This document shows positions 49,981-59,153 of a DNA stretch of 64,000 nucleotides, piece by piece (within the stretch, counting starts at the first letter, position 1; every line of letters starts with the position of its first letter). The translations under genes were made by a program, and so were the position numbers. Below the pieces are notes generated by a model. That model did not search any database and had not been told where the DNA came from. It saw nothing but the letters and a program-made list of their open reading frames with translations. Source of the stretch: Promethearchaeota archaeon (GTDB lineage: Archaea > Asgardarchaeota > Lokiarchaeia > Sigyniarchaeales > SOKP01); NCBI GenBank assembly GCA_019057865.1, contig JAHLWP010000004.1:100045-164044 (forward strand). Reading direction: 5' to 3'.

Positions 49981-51360
49981 TTGAAGGATATTATTAATTT
50001 TATTCAAAATTTCAAGAAAGATTATTTAGATGAGGAACATTATTCTAAAGTCCATGTCAAAATAGGAGCATGTGAAAAGGACGACAATGGTAAAAAGTGG
50101 ATCGTGAATTACCTTAGAATTGAATTATTAAGGGATGAAAACCCCGAAATTATACCTGAATCATATTCTATTGATAAAAAAGCAATTATCTTTCAAGAAG
50201 TCATAGATGATAAATCTTTAAATCAGCGAATTCAGGTCTCAAATAGTCGAGTCTTCTATAAAACTGAAGGGTTTTCTTTCGATTTTTACGATGATTTGAG
50301 GTTACCAAAAACCTATGAAGAATTTAAGAAGAAATTCAATACAAATCATTTTTTATATACTTATATCGAATGTGAAAATCCAATGAATCTAATTTTCATA
50401 AATTCATTAGAGAGTTCCAACTCAAAATTCTCATACAGAGATATAGTTGAAAAGGATTATGAATACGGAGATAAAATTATTTATGGAAGGACTCTAATAG
50501 AAAAAGTTTTTGGTTATAAGTTTGGTCCTCCTCAACCAACAATTTTATTAGTTTTTCCTATAAAGACTTTCGAATTTAATCCAGTTGAGAAAGTAATTCA
50601 AGGTAAAAATCATTTAATAATTAACTGGGATATTAGTAATAAATTCAAGGAATATTCTTATGTTAAATCTACAAAAGGGAAAGAAGAATCGCAAATAATT
50701 ACTAATCCCCCTTTAAATTTTACAATTGAAGACGATTTCGAAGGATATATTGAATTTGGAATCTATTGGAAAGGAACAAATGTTTTATTTGATCAAGGCG
50801 TTAAATTATTTCATAAACGATTTTCATATTTTAAAAAGAGACCAGAAGATTTTGAAAAGGGAGAATTAAAGGGAGAATTAATTCCAGAATCCAGAAAGTC
50901 CTTTACTAGATCTGAATTGGAAACTAAGTTGAATAATTTAAAATCAGAAAAGGAATTTAGAGAAAATATTCTTATTCCAATATTAAGAGATTTAGGATAC
51001 GAAAATATTAAAGATACGCATGGAAATCAAGAATTTGGTAAAGATATCGTTTTTAAAGCTAAAAATAGATTTGGTTTCGACGAATGGAATGCAATGGTGG
51101 TAAAAACTGGTAATATCCATGTAGATATCTCAAAAAATGAAAATTTTTTAATTAAAATTATAAGACAAATTGAAATGGCAAAAGGAACGAAATACCCCGA
51201 TCTTAATTATGGAAAAAAAGAAATTACAAATGTTTTCGTTGTTACTAATGGAAAGTTTACTGGAAACACTTATAAGGGCTTCAATGAATTGCTTTCTGGT
51301 AGAAATTTAAAAGGAAGTGTTTTTTTTATTGATAAGGATTATTTATTAGGTTTATATTAA
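49981..51360 (+). CDS. Protein with a C-terminal Mrr-like (Type IV-like) PD-(D/E)xK restriction endonuclease domain
   Basis: SEKEF...L..LGY...HGNQEFGKDI...VVKTGNI...QI..A...VVTNG. Confidence 0.75.
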   Translation: MKDIINFIQNFKKDYLDEEHYSKVHVKIGACEKDDNGKKWIVNYLRIELLRDENPEIIPESYSIDKKAIIFQEVIDDKSLNQRIQVSNSRVFYKTEGFSFDFYDDLRLPKTYEEFKKKFNTNHFLYTYIECENPMNLIFINSLESSNSKFSYRDIVEKDYEYGDKIIYGRTLIEKVFGYKFGPPQPTILLVFPIKTFEFNPVEKVIQGKNHLIINWDISNKFKEYSYVKSTKGKEESQIITNPPLNFTIEDDFEGYIEFGIYWKGTNVLFDQGVKLFHKRFSYFKKRPEDFEKGELKGELIPESRKSFTRSELETKLNNLKSEKEFRENILIPILRDLGYENIKDTHGNQEFGKDIVFKAKNRFGFDEWNAMVVKTGNIHVDISKNENFLIKIIRQIEMAKGTKYPDLNYGKKEITNVFVVTNGKFTGNTYKGFNELLSGRNLKGSVFFIDKDYLLGLY

Positions 51361-51397
51361 ATATCTAATTAAAATTTCAAATGTTATAATAAGAACG

Positions 51398-51895
51398 ATG
51401 AGCAAAATAAATATTTTCCATAGCTCTATAAAGTCTGGGGAGTTCTTTAATTTTCCTTACAAAATCCAAAGTAAGGATTATAATATATACTTGACAGAAG
51501 GAAATCCCCCTCTCGACTTTGTAACAATTGATACAACAGAACCAACATTAGAAACATCATTAACAACATGGATTTCAAACTCGTTATTTGGTGGTAAAAC
51601 AAAACAGCTATCTCTAGAGAATTTTAATGTTCTTATTGCTGATCCAAGTTCATTATGGGATCCAAAGTTATTTGAGCGTGTAATAGAAGAGATTAAAAGA
51701 CAATTAAGAGTGAGAATTAAGAATAATGTTAATGTTAATAATATATCTGCCATAATATTTTACACTATAAAATATTTTTTAGGTGGAATAAAGCACATAC
51801 CCCATATCTTTCTCTTGAAGAAAATTAACCCTGGTGAAGAAAAATTGATTAATATTATGAGAAATGCTTTAGAGAAATACCCAGATTGGTTATGA
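51398..51895 (+). CDS. Hypothetical protein
   Basis: 165-aa ORF, same strand and close behind the nuclease gene. Confidence 0.5.
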   Translation: MSKINIFHSSIKSGEFFNFPYKIQSKDYNIYLTEGNPPLDFVTIDTTEPTLETSLTTWISNSLFGGKTKQLSLENFNVLIADPSSLWDPKLFERVIEEIKRQLRVRIKNNVNVNNISAIIFYTIKYFLGGIKHIPHIFLLKKINPGEEKLINIMRNALEKYPDWL

Positions 51896-52078
51896 TTAAA
51901 ACTAATTAGGGGATAATATAAAAGATTTTAATGAATTGATTAAGGAAATAAAAACTTGATTACAATTAAAAAATTTTACCTATCTTATAAAAAGAATCAA
52001 GAATTAGTTGCTTAACAAAATGTAAAAAAAAACTGTATATCCATAAACGACAGGTGACTGACTATATTTGATGAGGAA

Positions 52079-52921
52079 ATGATCTTCCAAGATAAGATCG
52101 ATGAAACTAATGAACAAATAGAAGAGATAGAAAAAATTATTGATGACTTAAAGAATCAGCTAAAGAAAGCGACAGATGAAAATGAAATTTATGAGATCAA
52201 ATGGAAGATTAAAGATTCATGTAAGCAAGCTAAGGATAAATACCGATCCTTGCAGATTTGGTCCAAAAAAGATCAGTCTGACAATTATTTTAAATATCTT
52301 TGTAATGAAATCTTTTTTTATGAAAGCTGTTTAAAAATGCTTGAAGCCAAGTTCGGCACAGAGAAGATAGATTATAGACATTATCTTAATGTCGCATATT
52401 TAGAAAGTATTTACTTCTCTGATAATGAATATCCCCCGAATTTTAGTGAATTTCAAAGTTCGAAAACTTTTGATGACTTAGGAGTCAATCTGATTGTAAA
52501 TAACATTTATAATGCTCAAAAAAATATAGAAGTCATAATAACTCATCATAAGAAAGTAGCTCACAAGGATTTATTCATTTATTATGAATTATTGGGCGAT
52601 TTGGAAATTCATATTTTTTGTTATTACCAAAAATTTGAATCATATGAACATCGGGAATCATTGTTTAATGCATTTCTTTATTACAAATTCTCAATATGGC
52701 ATAAAACTCAACTCGAAAAATTACACCCTCAAACACACTTTGATGGATTACATGGTTGGGCCAGTCATGGCATATTCCATGATTTTTACGGTAAACTAGG
52801 TGTCTCATTTATAACAGATGTAAGAGATAAGAAAGAGAAACTTAATATGAATTATCCCTTAACTCAAGAAGAAAATATGAAATTAGAGAAATTATTTAAG
52901 AGGGATATAAATGGAGGATGA
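52079..52921 (+). CDS. Hypothetical helical (TPR-like/coiled-coil) protein
   Basis: 280 aa; GAGG upstream; overlaps the next gene. Confidence 0.55.
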   Translation: MIFQDKIDETNEQIEEIEKIIDDLKNQLKKATDENEIYEIKWKIKDSCKQAKDKYRSLQIWSKKDQSDNYFKYLCNEIFFYESCLKMLEAKFGTEKIDYRHYLNVAYLESIYFSDNEYPPNFSEFQSSKTFDDLGVNLIVNNIYNAQKNIEVIITHHKKVAHKDLFIYYELLGDLEIHIFCYYQKFESYEHRESLFNAFLYYKFSIWHKTQLEKLHPQTHFDGLHGWASHGIFHDFYGKLGVSFITDVRDKKEKLNMNYPLTQEENMKLEKLFKRDINGG

Positions 52922-53558
52922 TTCCAATTCTTTCAGCAGAGTAATTCCTAAAATAGGAGACCCACCAAAGGGGGAGGGTCTATTAGAAAAACCTCTTGAA
53001 ACTGAAGAGATTTCTAGTCTTCATTTAGTTACTATAAAGACGAATATATGTAAAGATATTAATGTGGAATTTCATACCATTGAAGGGGAAATAATCCAAG
53101 GCACAAAAATCCCTGTAAACTTTCTTTCTAAAATCCAAAACTATGAAAATTTAGGAATTAGGAATGAAATCCAAAAGAGACTATTCAAAAAAAGTCAATA
53201 TGGAGAACTAGTGCAAAAAGGAGGGATATACATTTTTTGCGATTCCAAAATTCCTTCTATTAAAAGACAAATTTATGTTGGTGAGTCTAATGAATTACTC
53301 ACTCGTCTCAAGAATCATAAAAAAACAAAACAAGGGAATTTTTCATCAATACTTATCATCACAAGTTTGGGGGATAATATTGGGAAAGATAAGCTAAAAG
53401 TAATTGAGTCTATGTTGATTAGATCATTAAAAGAACATCCCGCTTTCGAGGTAATTAATAAGCAAGAAAAAACTAAATTTCAAGTAGAAATTTTTGATGA
53501 ACCATTAGTTAAGAAGTATTATGAAACAATTTTGCATTTAATTGAGCGGAATTGTTGA
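52911..53558 (+). CDS. GIY-YIG nuclease family protein
   Basis: GGIYIF...IYVGES..L..RL..H...IESMLI...N. Confidence 0.85.
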   Translation: MEDDSNSFSRVIPKIGDPPKGEGLLEKPLETEEISSLHLVTIKTNICKDINVEFHTIEGEIIQGTKIPVNFLSKIQNYENLGIRNEIQKRLFKKSQYGELVQKGGIYIFCDSKIPSIKRQIYVGESNELLTRLKNHKKTKQGNFSSILIITSLGDNIGKDKLKVIESMLIRSLKEHPAFEVINKQEKTKFQVEIFDEPLVKKYYETILHLIERNC

Positions 53559-54212
53559 TACAACTAGAAATAAACAAAAAATCATAATCTATTCTCTTCA
53601 ATTTTGAAGAGTTCCAAAATAAAGTTGCAAAAGTTACGGATAAAAGTTGTCTAACCACCACAATTTTATTTCATCCAATCTAAAACATATTTATTTCAGG
53701 GATAGTGTTTCCATAAATATGTAAAAAATTGCTAAAATCTATATAAAAATATCTCTCAAATTTAATAATTATACATAGTTTACTATCTGAAAAAAAAAAT
53801 TCCAGGTTTGAATAGTCAATTGGATAGGACGAATTGTATCATCTTTTTAGAATAAATTTCATTAATTAAAAAGAGTTAGAGGAATGTGTGAGCGATTAAA
53901 GGTTGAATAGAATATTTGAGCAAAGAAGATTTTTAAGTCTCATGGTTAAATACTACTTGAAAAGTTTGATTTCAATAAGAAGACATTCCATTCGCTAATT
54001 TTTTTAGAAACCACTTCCTACTTATATTCAGATGGAAAATTTTATGAGATTTAAGAATGGAATATCATAGCCAAAAATTTCTAAAATTTGGTCATTCATT
54101 GTCAATAATTATTAAGTGCATTGCCAAGATTATTTAAAAAACACATTTAGACTTATCATGAATTTTATCGAGGATTTAATTCAATTAATTAACAATAAAA
54201 AATCTGTTGTCT

Positions 54213-55130
54213 CTATTTATCTTGTTCTTGTTCTTTTGGAAATGTAATAACATCATAATCTTTTTCTTTTAATTTTTTTAGTATTGGATTTATTGCAGGA
54301 TCTAGTTGTTTTTCAATGAATTCTTCTTTATTTTGATAAGGTTTGTCTTCACATTCCAATTTAGCTTTAGCATAGTATAAATCAATTTTGTCATATTCTA
54401 ATTGTCTTTCTTTTTTATCTAAAATCCAAGAAGACAATGGATTAGTGTAATTATCATTCAAGTATTTTTCTTCTAATTCAAATTCTCTTAAACGTTTAAA
54501 ATATTCAAATAGATTAGGATCATGAAATTCATTGAACTCAATCTTGATCGTAAAACTCAAATCCTCAGGATTTTCAAAACAATACCATAAATCAGGGTTA
54601 TTTATAAAACAATCATAAATTATTGAATCAATTAATTGATAAAATTTTCTTCCCATTTTATTAGATAAGTAAAATGGTTTTGTATTTAATTCTTGATCAA
54701 TTTCTACCTCATAATTCTTTATTATAAGAAAAGGAAGTAAGAAATCAGCTGTTTGTATCATAGGATCGTCTAGATCGTTTCTATTAAATGAATGTAATTT
54801 CTCAAAATTTATCTTTCTTCTTATTTCAGGATATAAATCATAAAATTTAGGATTCACTATAAATTCTTCAGGATATTTATCCTTATTTTTTCCATATTCT
54901 ATTTCTCTATGATTGATTACATGCCCTTTCTCTATTAAGTAAGGTTTTTCATAGATTGTTCTATTTTCTTTATACATTCCTCTTAAATACCATTTCAATT
55001 GATTCAAGCTAATTTCTCCTTTAAAATGATCTTTAATTTGTTTAAAGATACAATGAGGGTTATCAAAAATGTATTGGATTATTTTCTTTTGATAATTGCT
55101 AATTATTTCTTCTTTTTCTTCTTTATTCAC
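54213..55130 (-). CDS. N-terminal wHTH protein; probable repressor of the replication module
   Basis: QKKIIQYIFDNP...FKQIK...SLNQLKWYL; divergent from the RHH operon. Confidence 0.5.
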   Translation of the reverse strand: MNKEEKEEIISNYQKKIIQYIFDNPHCIFKQIKDHFKGEISLNQLKWYLRGMYKENRTIYEKPYLIEKGHVINHREIEYGKNKDKYPEEFIVNPKFYDLYPEIRRKINFEKLHSFNRNDLDDPMIQTADFLLPFLIIKNYEVEIDQELNTKPFYLSNKMGRKFYQLIDSIIYDCFINNPDLWYCFENPEDLSFTIKIEFNEFHDPNLFEYFKRLREFELEEKYLNDNYTNPLSSWILDKKERQLEYDKIDLYYAKAKLECEDKPYQNKEEFIEKQLDPAINPILKKLKEKDYDVITFPKEQEQDK

Positions 55131-55150
55131 TTTTACATCACCATTTTAAT

Positions 55151-55214
55151 TGACAATCTTTAACATGAAAGTGTCAGTTATGACAAATAATGTAAAATTA
55201 AACTTTATTTGTCA
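55151..55214. promoter_or_regulatory. Two TGACA...TGTCA dyads between divergent regulator genes; candidate operators
   Basis: TGACA 55151 / TGTCA 55172; perfect 10-bp inverted repeat TGACAAATAA (55181-55190) / TTATTTGTCA (55205-55214). Confidence 0.6.
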
Positions 55215-55259
55215 ATAATATATTGGTTAATTAGGTATATAAAAGTTTTGTTAGAATAG

Positions 55260-55451
55260 TTGTTAAGAATGATAACAAAAGAAATGATTGAGGAATATAA
55301 GAAAGAACAAAAGAAAGAAATGGATTATATAAGTGCATGGATTGAGAAAGAAGACTTAGAGGCTTTAGATAAAATCTGTGAAAAACATGAGTTAAAGAGA
55401 AGTGAAATTCTGAGAATTATAATTAAAAATACAATAAAAGGTGATCTCTAA
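55260..55451 (+). CDS. CopG/ribbon-helix-helix DNA-binding protein
   Basis: YISAWIEKEDLEALDKICEKHELKRSEILRIII. Confidence 0.8.
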   Translation: MLRMITKEMIEEYKKEQKKEMDYISAWIEKEDLEALDKICEKHELKRSEILRIIIKNTIKGDL

Positions 55452-55607
55452 ATGACTCCTGAGGAAAAGCAAAAAAGAAATCAAACTATAAAATTATGGA
55501 AGATTCTTGAGGAAAAGAGAATTTCACTTCTAGATTCTATAGAAGAGAAAGCTCAGAAACTAAGAGGGCTTGGTATTAATATTGATTTGGATTTTTTGGA
55601 CTTATGA
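55452..55607 (+). CDS. Small 51-aa protein (MTPEEKQKRNQTIKLWKILEEKR...), not in the ORF track
   Basis: ATG directly after the RHH stop, with an AGGTGA SD-like motif upstream. Confidence 0.6.
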   Translation: MTPEEKQKRNQTIKLWKILEEKRISLLDSIEEKAQKLRGLGINIDLDFLDL

Positions 55608-55616
55608 GGTGAGATT

Positions 55617-55757
55617 TTGCCAACTTGTAGAAAGGATTATGAAAAATGTGAATATTATCATCCAGAACAACCCATAGAATCAAGATGTATGACGGATTTA
55701 AGTGTGGGTTATTGTACTGAGGAACAGGAAGCCAATAAGAAAGATAAGGATTCATAA
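55617..55757 (+). CDS. Small 46-aa four-Cys protein (MPTCRKDYEKCEYYHPEQPIESRC...YC...), not in the ORF track
   Basis: TTG start with a GAGGTGA SD motif. Confidence 0.55.
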   Translation: MPTCRKDYEKCEYYHPEQPIESRCMTDLSVGYCTEEQEANKKDKDS

Positions 55758-55758
55758 G

Positions 55759-55828
55759 AACCCTTATCAGAAGTCATTATTAACATGTGGTGATGTCAAA
55801 AAATGAGACTTCCAAATATAAAAGGGTT
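55759..55828. other. Long hairpin upstream of the Prim-Pol gene (possible origin or antisense copy-control RNA)
   Basis: AACCCTT/AAGGGTT, GAAGTC/GACTTC, ATT/AAT and TTAACAT/ATGTCAA stems around a 6-nt loop. Confidence 0.5.
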
Positions 55829-55900
55829 TTCTAAGTTTAAAAATTTTCTTAAAGCTCTTTCTTATCATAGTTCTAACTATCTTATAAAGAGGGTAAATTA

Positions 55901-57562
55901 ATGAGTGAAACAAGAGATAATTTAATCAATGATTTTCCTAATACTTGGAATATAATACCTATTAGTAGAAATTCTAAAGTAGCTAGTAGCTCTTGGAAGA
56001 ATTATCAAAATAAAAAATATCCAAGAAATAAACTTCTTAAAGATAATGGAAATTATGCGGTAATATGTGGAGAGATAAGTAATAATCTTTTGATATTAGA
56101 TTTAGATCTAAGAGATAAAAAACATTTTGAATCTATTTACTCAAAATTTCAAAATAAATATCCTGAATTATCTAAAACTCTTATAGTAGAAACTCCTCAT
56201 GGATTTCATTTATATTTTTATATGAATGGTTTTAGTGAAACTTCTCATAATAGAAAAAACGCTTGTTATAATGAGAAATTAAAGTTTACCGGATCAGTTA
56301 AGACTCAGTTTAAAGAATACCTAAAGGGATTTGATTGTAAGGGAGAAAAGGGTTATGCTATAATACCACCTAGTAGAGTGGATAATTTATATTATAAATA
56401 TCATAATAAGGAAGATATAAAACATATTGCCTTAGATGATTATGCTAAGATAAATAATTTTTTTCTCTTAGACAAACCAAAAAATCTGAGAAAGCCTTTT
56501 AAAGACATTCTAAATGGTAAAATTGAAATTGAAGAACAAGCAAATAAAACCGGTAAAGAAGAATTCCTTTATTGGAAATATCTATTCAAAGAGGCTTATA
56601 ATTTCTGTGGATTAGAACCTAAAGAATTATATAAGGGATTAGAGGAAAATCAACCTAATTTTGATATAGTAAAAACGAAAACTCAATTAAATCATCATGA
56701 TTTCCATGAGAAACCATTGACAAATGGGAAAATGAAAGAACTTTACCCAGATTATTATGCTGCTAAAAAAAGATCAGAATCATATATTTCCTCTAAAACA
56801 TCTAAAACAAAAGCAAAAAAAAAGAGAGAAATTAAAACTCTAACTCCTAAGAGAATTCAAGAATGTGAAGAATGGTTAAATCTACCGGAAAAAGAGAAAT
56901 ATAATTTCCTCAACGAACTTATTAGTTTTTATATTAAGGGAAAAGAAACAAGAGAACAAGCCTTAACAATACTTTTCCTAAAATTAAGTGTTATATTAGC
57001 AAAAGAACTTATCTCAAAAATGGATTTAGTCATGGGAGATTTATCGGCATTAAAAGATGACTTAAAAATTGGAAGTGAAACTGTTATTAAAAAAGAAAAT
57101 TCAGAAGTTGATAATAAAGTATTTATCGTTCATGGGAGAAACCAAGAAATGAAAGAATCTGTTGCTCGTCTAATAGAAAAAGTAAATCTTAAGGCTGTTA
57201 TTCTTCATGAACAACCAAATGAAGGAAAAACTATTATTGAAAAGTTTGAAAAGTATTCTGATGTAGGTTATGCTGTAGTACTTCTTTCCGCGGATGATAA
57301 AGGGTATTCAATACAAGATGGTCAAGAAAAAACTAAATTTAGAGCACGGCAAAATGTCATCCTTGAGTTGGGGATTTTTTATGGAAGTCTGGGAAGAGGC
57401 AAAGTTGCCGTGATTTATGAGGAAAACGAAGAGTTTGAAATGCCGACCGATTTACTGGGAATTGCTTATATACCTTATGATAACAGAGGAGCTTGGAAAT
57501 ATCATTTAGTTGGAGAATTACAAAGTAGTGGTTTTGCAGTCAGTAAAAATGATATCAATTGA
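55901..57562 (+). CDS. Bifunctional primase-polymerase (Prim-Pol) fused to a C-terminal Cap12/Pycsar-type TIR domain
   Basis: N-terminal WKNYQ, NYAVICG, LILDLD, ETPHGFHLYF, IIPPS; C-terminal KVFIVHG, ILHEQPNEGKTIIEKFE, ARQNVILELG, PTDLLGI.YI; GAGGGT SD. Confidence 0.88.
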   Translation: MSETRDNLINDFPNTWNIIPISRNSKVASSSWKNYQNKKYPRNKLLKDNGNYAVICGEISNNLLILDLDLRDKKHFESIYSKFQNKYPELSKTLIVETPHGFHLYFYMNGFSETSHNRKNACYNEKLKFTGSVKTQFKEYLKGFDCKGEKGYAIIPPSRVDNLYYKYHNKEDIKHIALDDYAKINNFFLLDKPKNLRKPFKDILNGKIEIEEQANKTGKEEFLYWKYLFKEAYNFCGLEPKELYKGLEENQPNFDIVKTKTQLNHHDFHEKPLTNGKMKELYPDYYAAKKRSESYISSKTSKTKAKKKREIKTLTPKRIQECEEWLNLPEKEKYNFLNELISFYIKGKETREQALTILFLKLSVILAKELISKMDLVMGDLSALKDDLKIGSETVIKKENSEVDNKVFIVHGRNQEMKESVARLIEKVNLKAVILHEQPNEGKTIIEKFEKYSDVGYAVVLLSADDKGYSIQDGQEKTKFRARQNVILELGIFYGSLGRGKVAVIYEENEEFEMPTDLLGIAYIPYDNRGAWKYHLVGELQSSGFAVSKNDIN

Positions 57563-57804
57563 GATATTTTTTTGATTGAAGGTTGCTATTGTTTTATAAA
57601 TGATGTACTCAAAAAAGTGATTGATATGTTGTTATTCCTTTTTTAATTTTCTGTAAGGTATCAAATCCCGTATCTACGACTTTTTGGTCAAAGTGCTCAC
57701 CCATATTCTCAGGATTGAACCCTGCGATAATTTTGGCTAAGGGGATTTCAGTTACAGCATATAAATTGTAAAGAATTTTTTGAAAGTATTGAAATTTTAT
57801 TTTA

Positions 57805-57840
57805 ATTTCCAATTTTTTATATTTCCAATTTTTTATATTT
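57805..57840 (+). repeat. 16-bp tandem repeat ATTTCCAATTTTTTAT x2
   Basis: Exact copies at 57805-57820 and 57821-57836, plus ATTT. Confidence 0.7.
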
Positions 57841-58028
57841 TTTTTATATATAAAGAAAAAAAGTGATTTCATGAGAAAAAAGTAAGAATTTGAAAATTTA
57901 TTATACTCCCTTATATTTTTCCGGTCTTTCTGATGAATTAAACTAATATCTTCTGAAGCAATTCTTGGAATATTATAAATTATTTTAATTCCTTAGTATA
58001 TATAATTATAATCTAGCAAATATAAGAG

Positions 58029-58754
58029 ATGTCTATAATGGAAAGAATTCCTCAAATTAATAAGGCTTTTGAAATTTTTGAGTCGGTCATTGATGAAGCA
58101 ATTGATTCGAACACTCCAGATGATATTTTAATAAGATCATATTTCTCAATTATTGAGATCTTGCAAAAGTTCACGGGTACAGGAAGGCACGTAGTAAAAT
58201 TTTCTGAGTTTTTTTATGTGAGATATGTCAAGAAATATCTGGAAACACATTTAGAAAAACTTAGTTTTACTCCGGAAGGTATTAAAGGTAAAAATAGCCA
58301 AAGATTTGTTGCTCTATATAAGGGAAAAAAAGTAATCTTATCTTCTGACATCCCCATTCAAAGTGCCGGTATCTCGGAGCTCCCCGATATATTTGTGGGA
58401 ATAGAAAAAGAGAATGGAATAATCCACCCTTTAGCCATTTTTGAAATAAAATTACATCAAGATAAAAACCAATTAGCTCCTTTATTAAAACGATTCTTAA
58501 AAATGAGAGACGATTTTGTAAATAAATTTTCAGGTGACGAGTTACCTTACTTCGTATGGTTATATCTTCGTTATGAAAAGTATTTAAACCAAGATTTTGA
58601 AGAAGAGATAGCTCAGTTTAAAAGTATGTCTAAGAATAACTTAATAGTAGTCAATGAAATTACGGAATGGAATGTTAATTCATATAAAAGTAATATTAAG
58701 GGAGGAATAAACTCAATTCTACAAAAAATTGTAAAAAAAATAGAGAATTTTTAA
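58029..58754 (+). CDS. PD-(D/E)xK nuclease (restriction endonuclease-like)
   Basis: FSE...LPDIFVG...AIFEIKL. Confidence 0.7.
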   Translation: MSIMERIPQINKAFEIFESVIDEAIDSNTPDDILIRSYFSIIEILQKFTGTGRHVVKFSEFFYVRYVKKYLETHLEKLSFTPEGIKGKNSQRFVALYKGKKVILSSDIPIQSAGISELPDIFVGIEKENGIIHPLAIFEIKLHQDKNQLAPLLKRFLKMRDDFVNKFSGDELPYFVWLYLRYEKYLNQDFEEEIAQFKSMSKNNLIVVNEITEWNVNSYKSNIKGGINSILQKIVKKIENF

Positions 58755-58863
58755 GAGAATTTTGCACAGGCTTTAAATAGTCAGTTTTTCATAGTTCAAT
58801 GATCATTATTTCACTCCTTTATTCTATAGGTTTTACCATTTTTCAGTAAAAATATCGCCTCTC

Positions 58864-58900
58864 AGGAGTAATATAACTTACTCCTCTTTTTCTTTTTTTC
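58864..58900 (+). terminator. Hairpin AGGAGTAA-N6-TTACTCCT followed by a T-rich tract
   Basis: Perfect 8-bp stem and CTTTTTCTTTTTTT about 110 bp after the nuclease stop. Confidence 0.5.
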
Positions 58901-59153
58901 TTTATTAAGACTCTTTTCAATGTGGTTTAATTTCCCTCATAGTAGCAATTAAATACAAAGCAAGATTAGTTATGGAAAAGATAAAAGTTAACTTCAAACT
59001 TCTGCAACCAGTTAGTAAATAAATTGACTAATGCTGTAGGTCCCACAGCATAATGGAAGATTCAATTTAAAAAATATTAAATACCTTTTTTTTTACTATA
59101 TATTCAAGAAACGATGAGAAATCATAAAAATTAACATAATTGAGGAAAAAAAA

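Noticed and set aside
50857-50880. 12-bp duplication encoding KGELKGEL
   Set aside because: In-frame slippage duplication in an interdomain linker; no evidence of function
55901-58754. Complete CBASS, Pycsar or Thoeris system around the TIR domain
   Set aside because: No cyclase (CD-NTase/PycC), STING or ThsA-like partner is visible in the window
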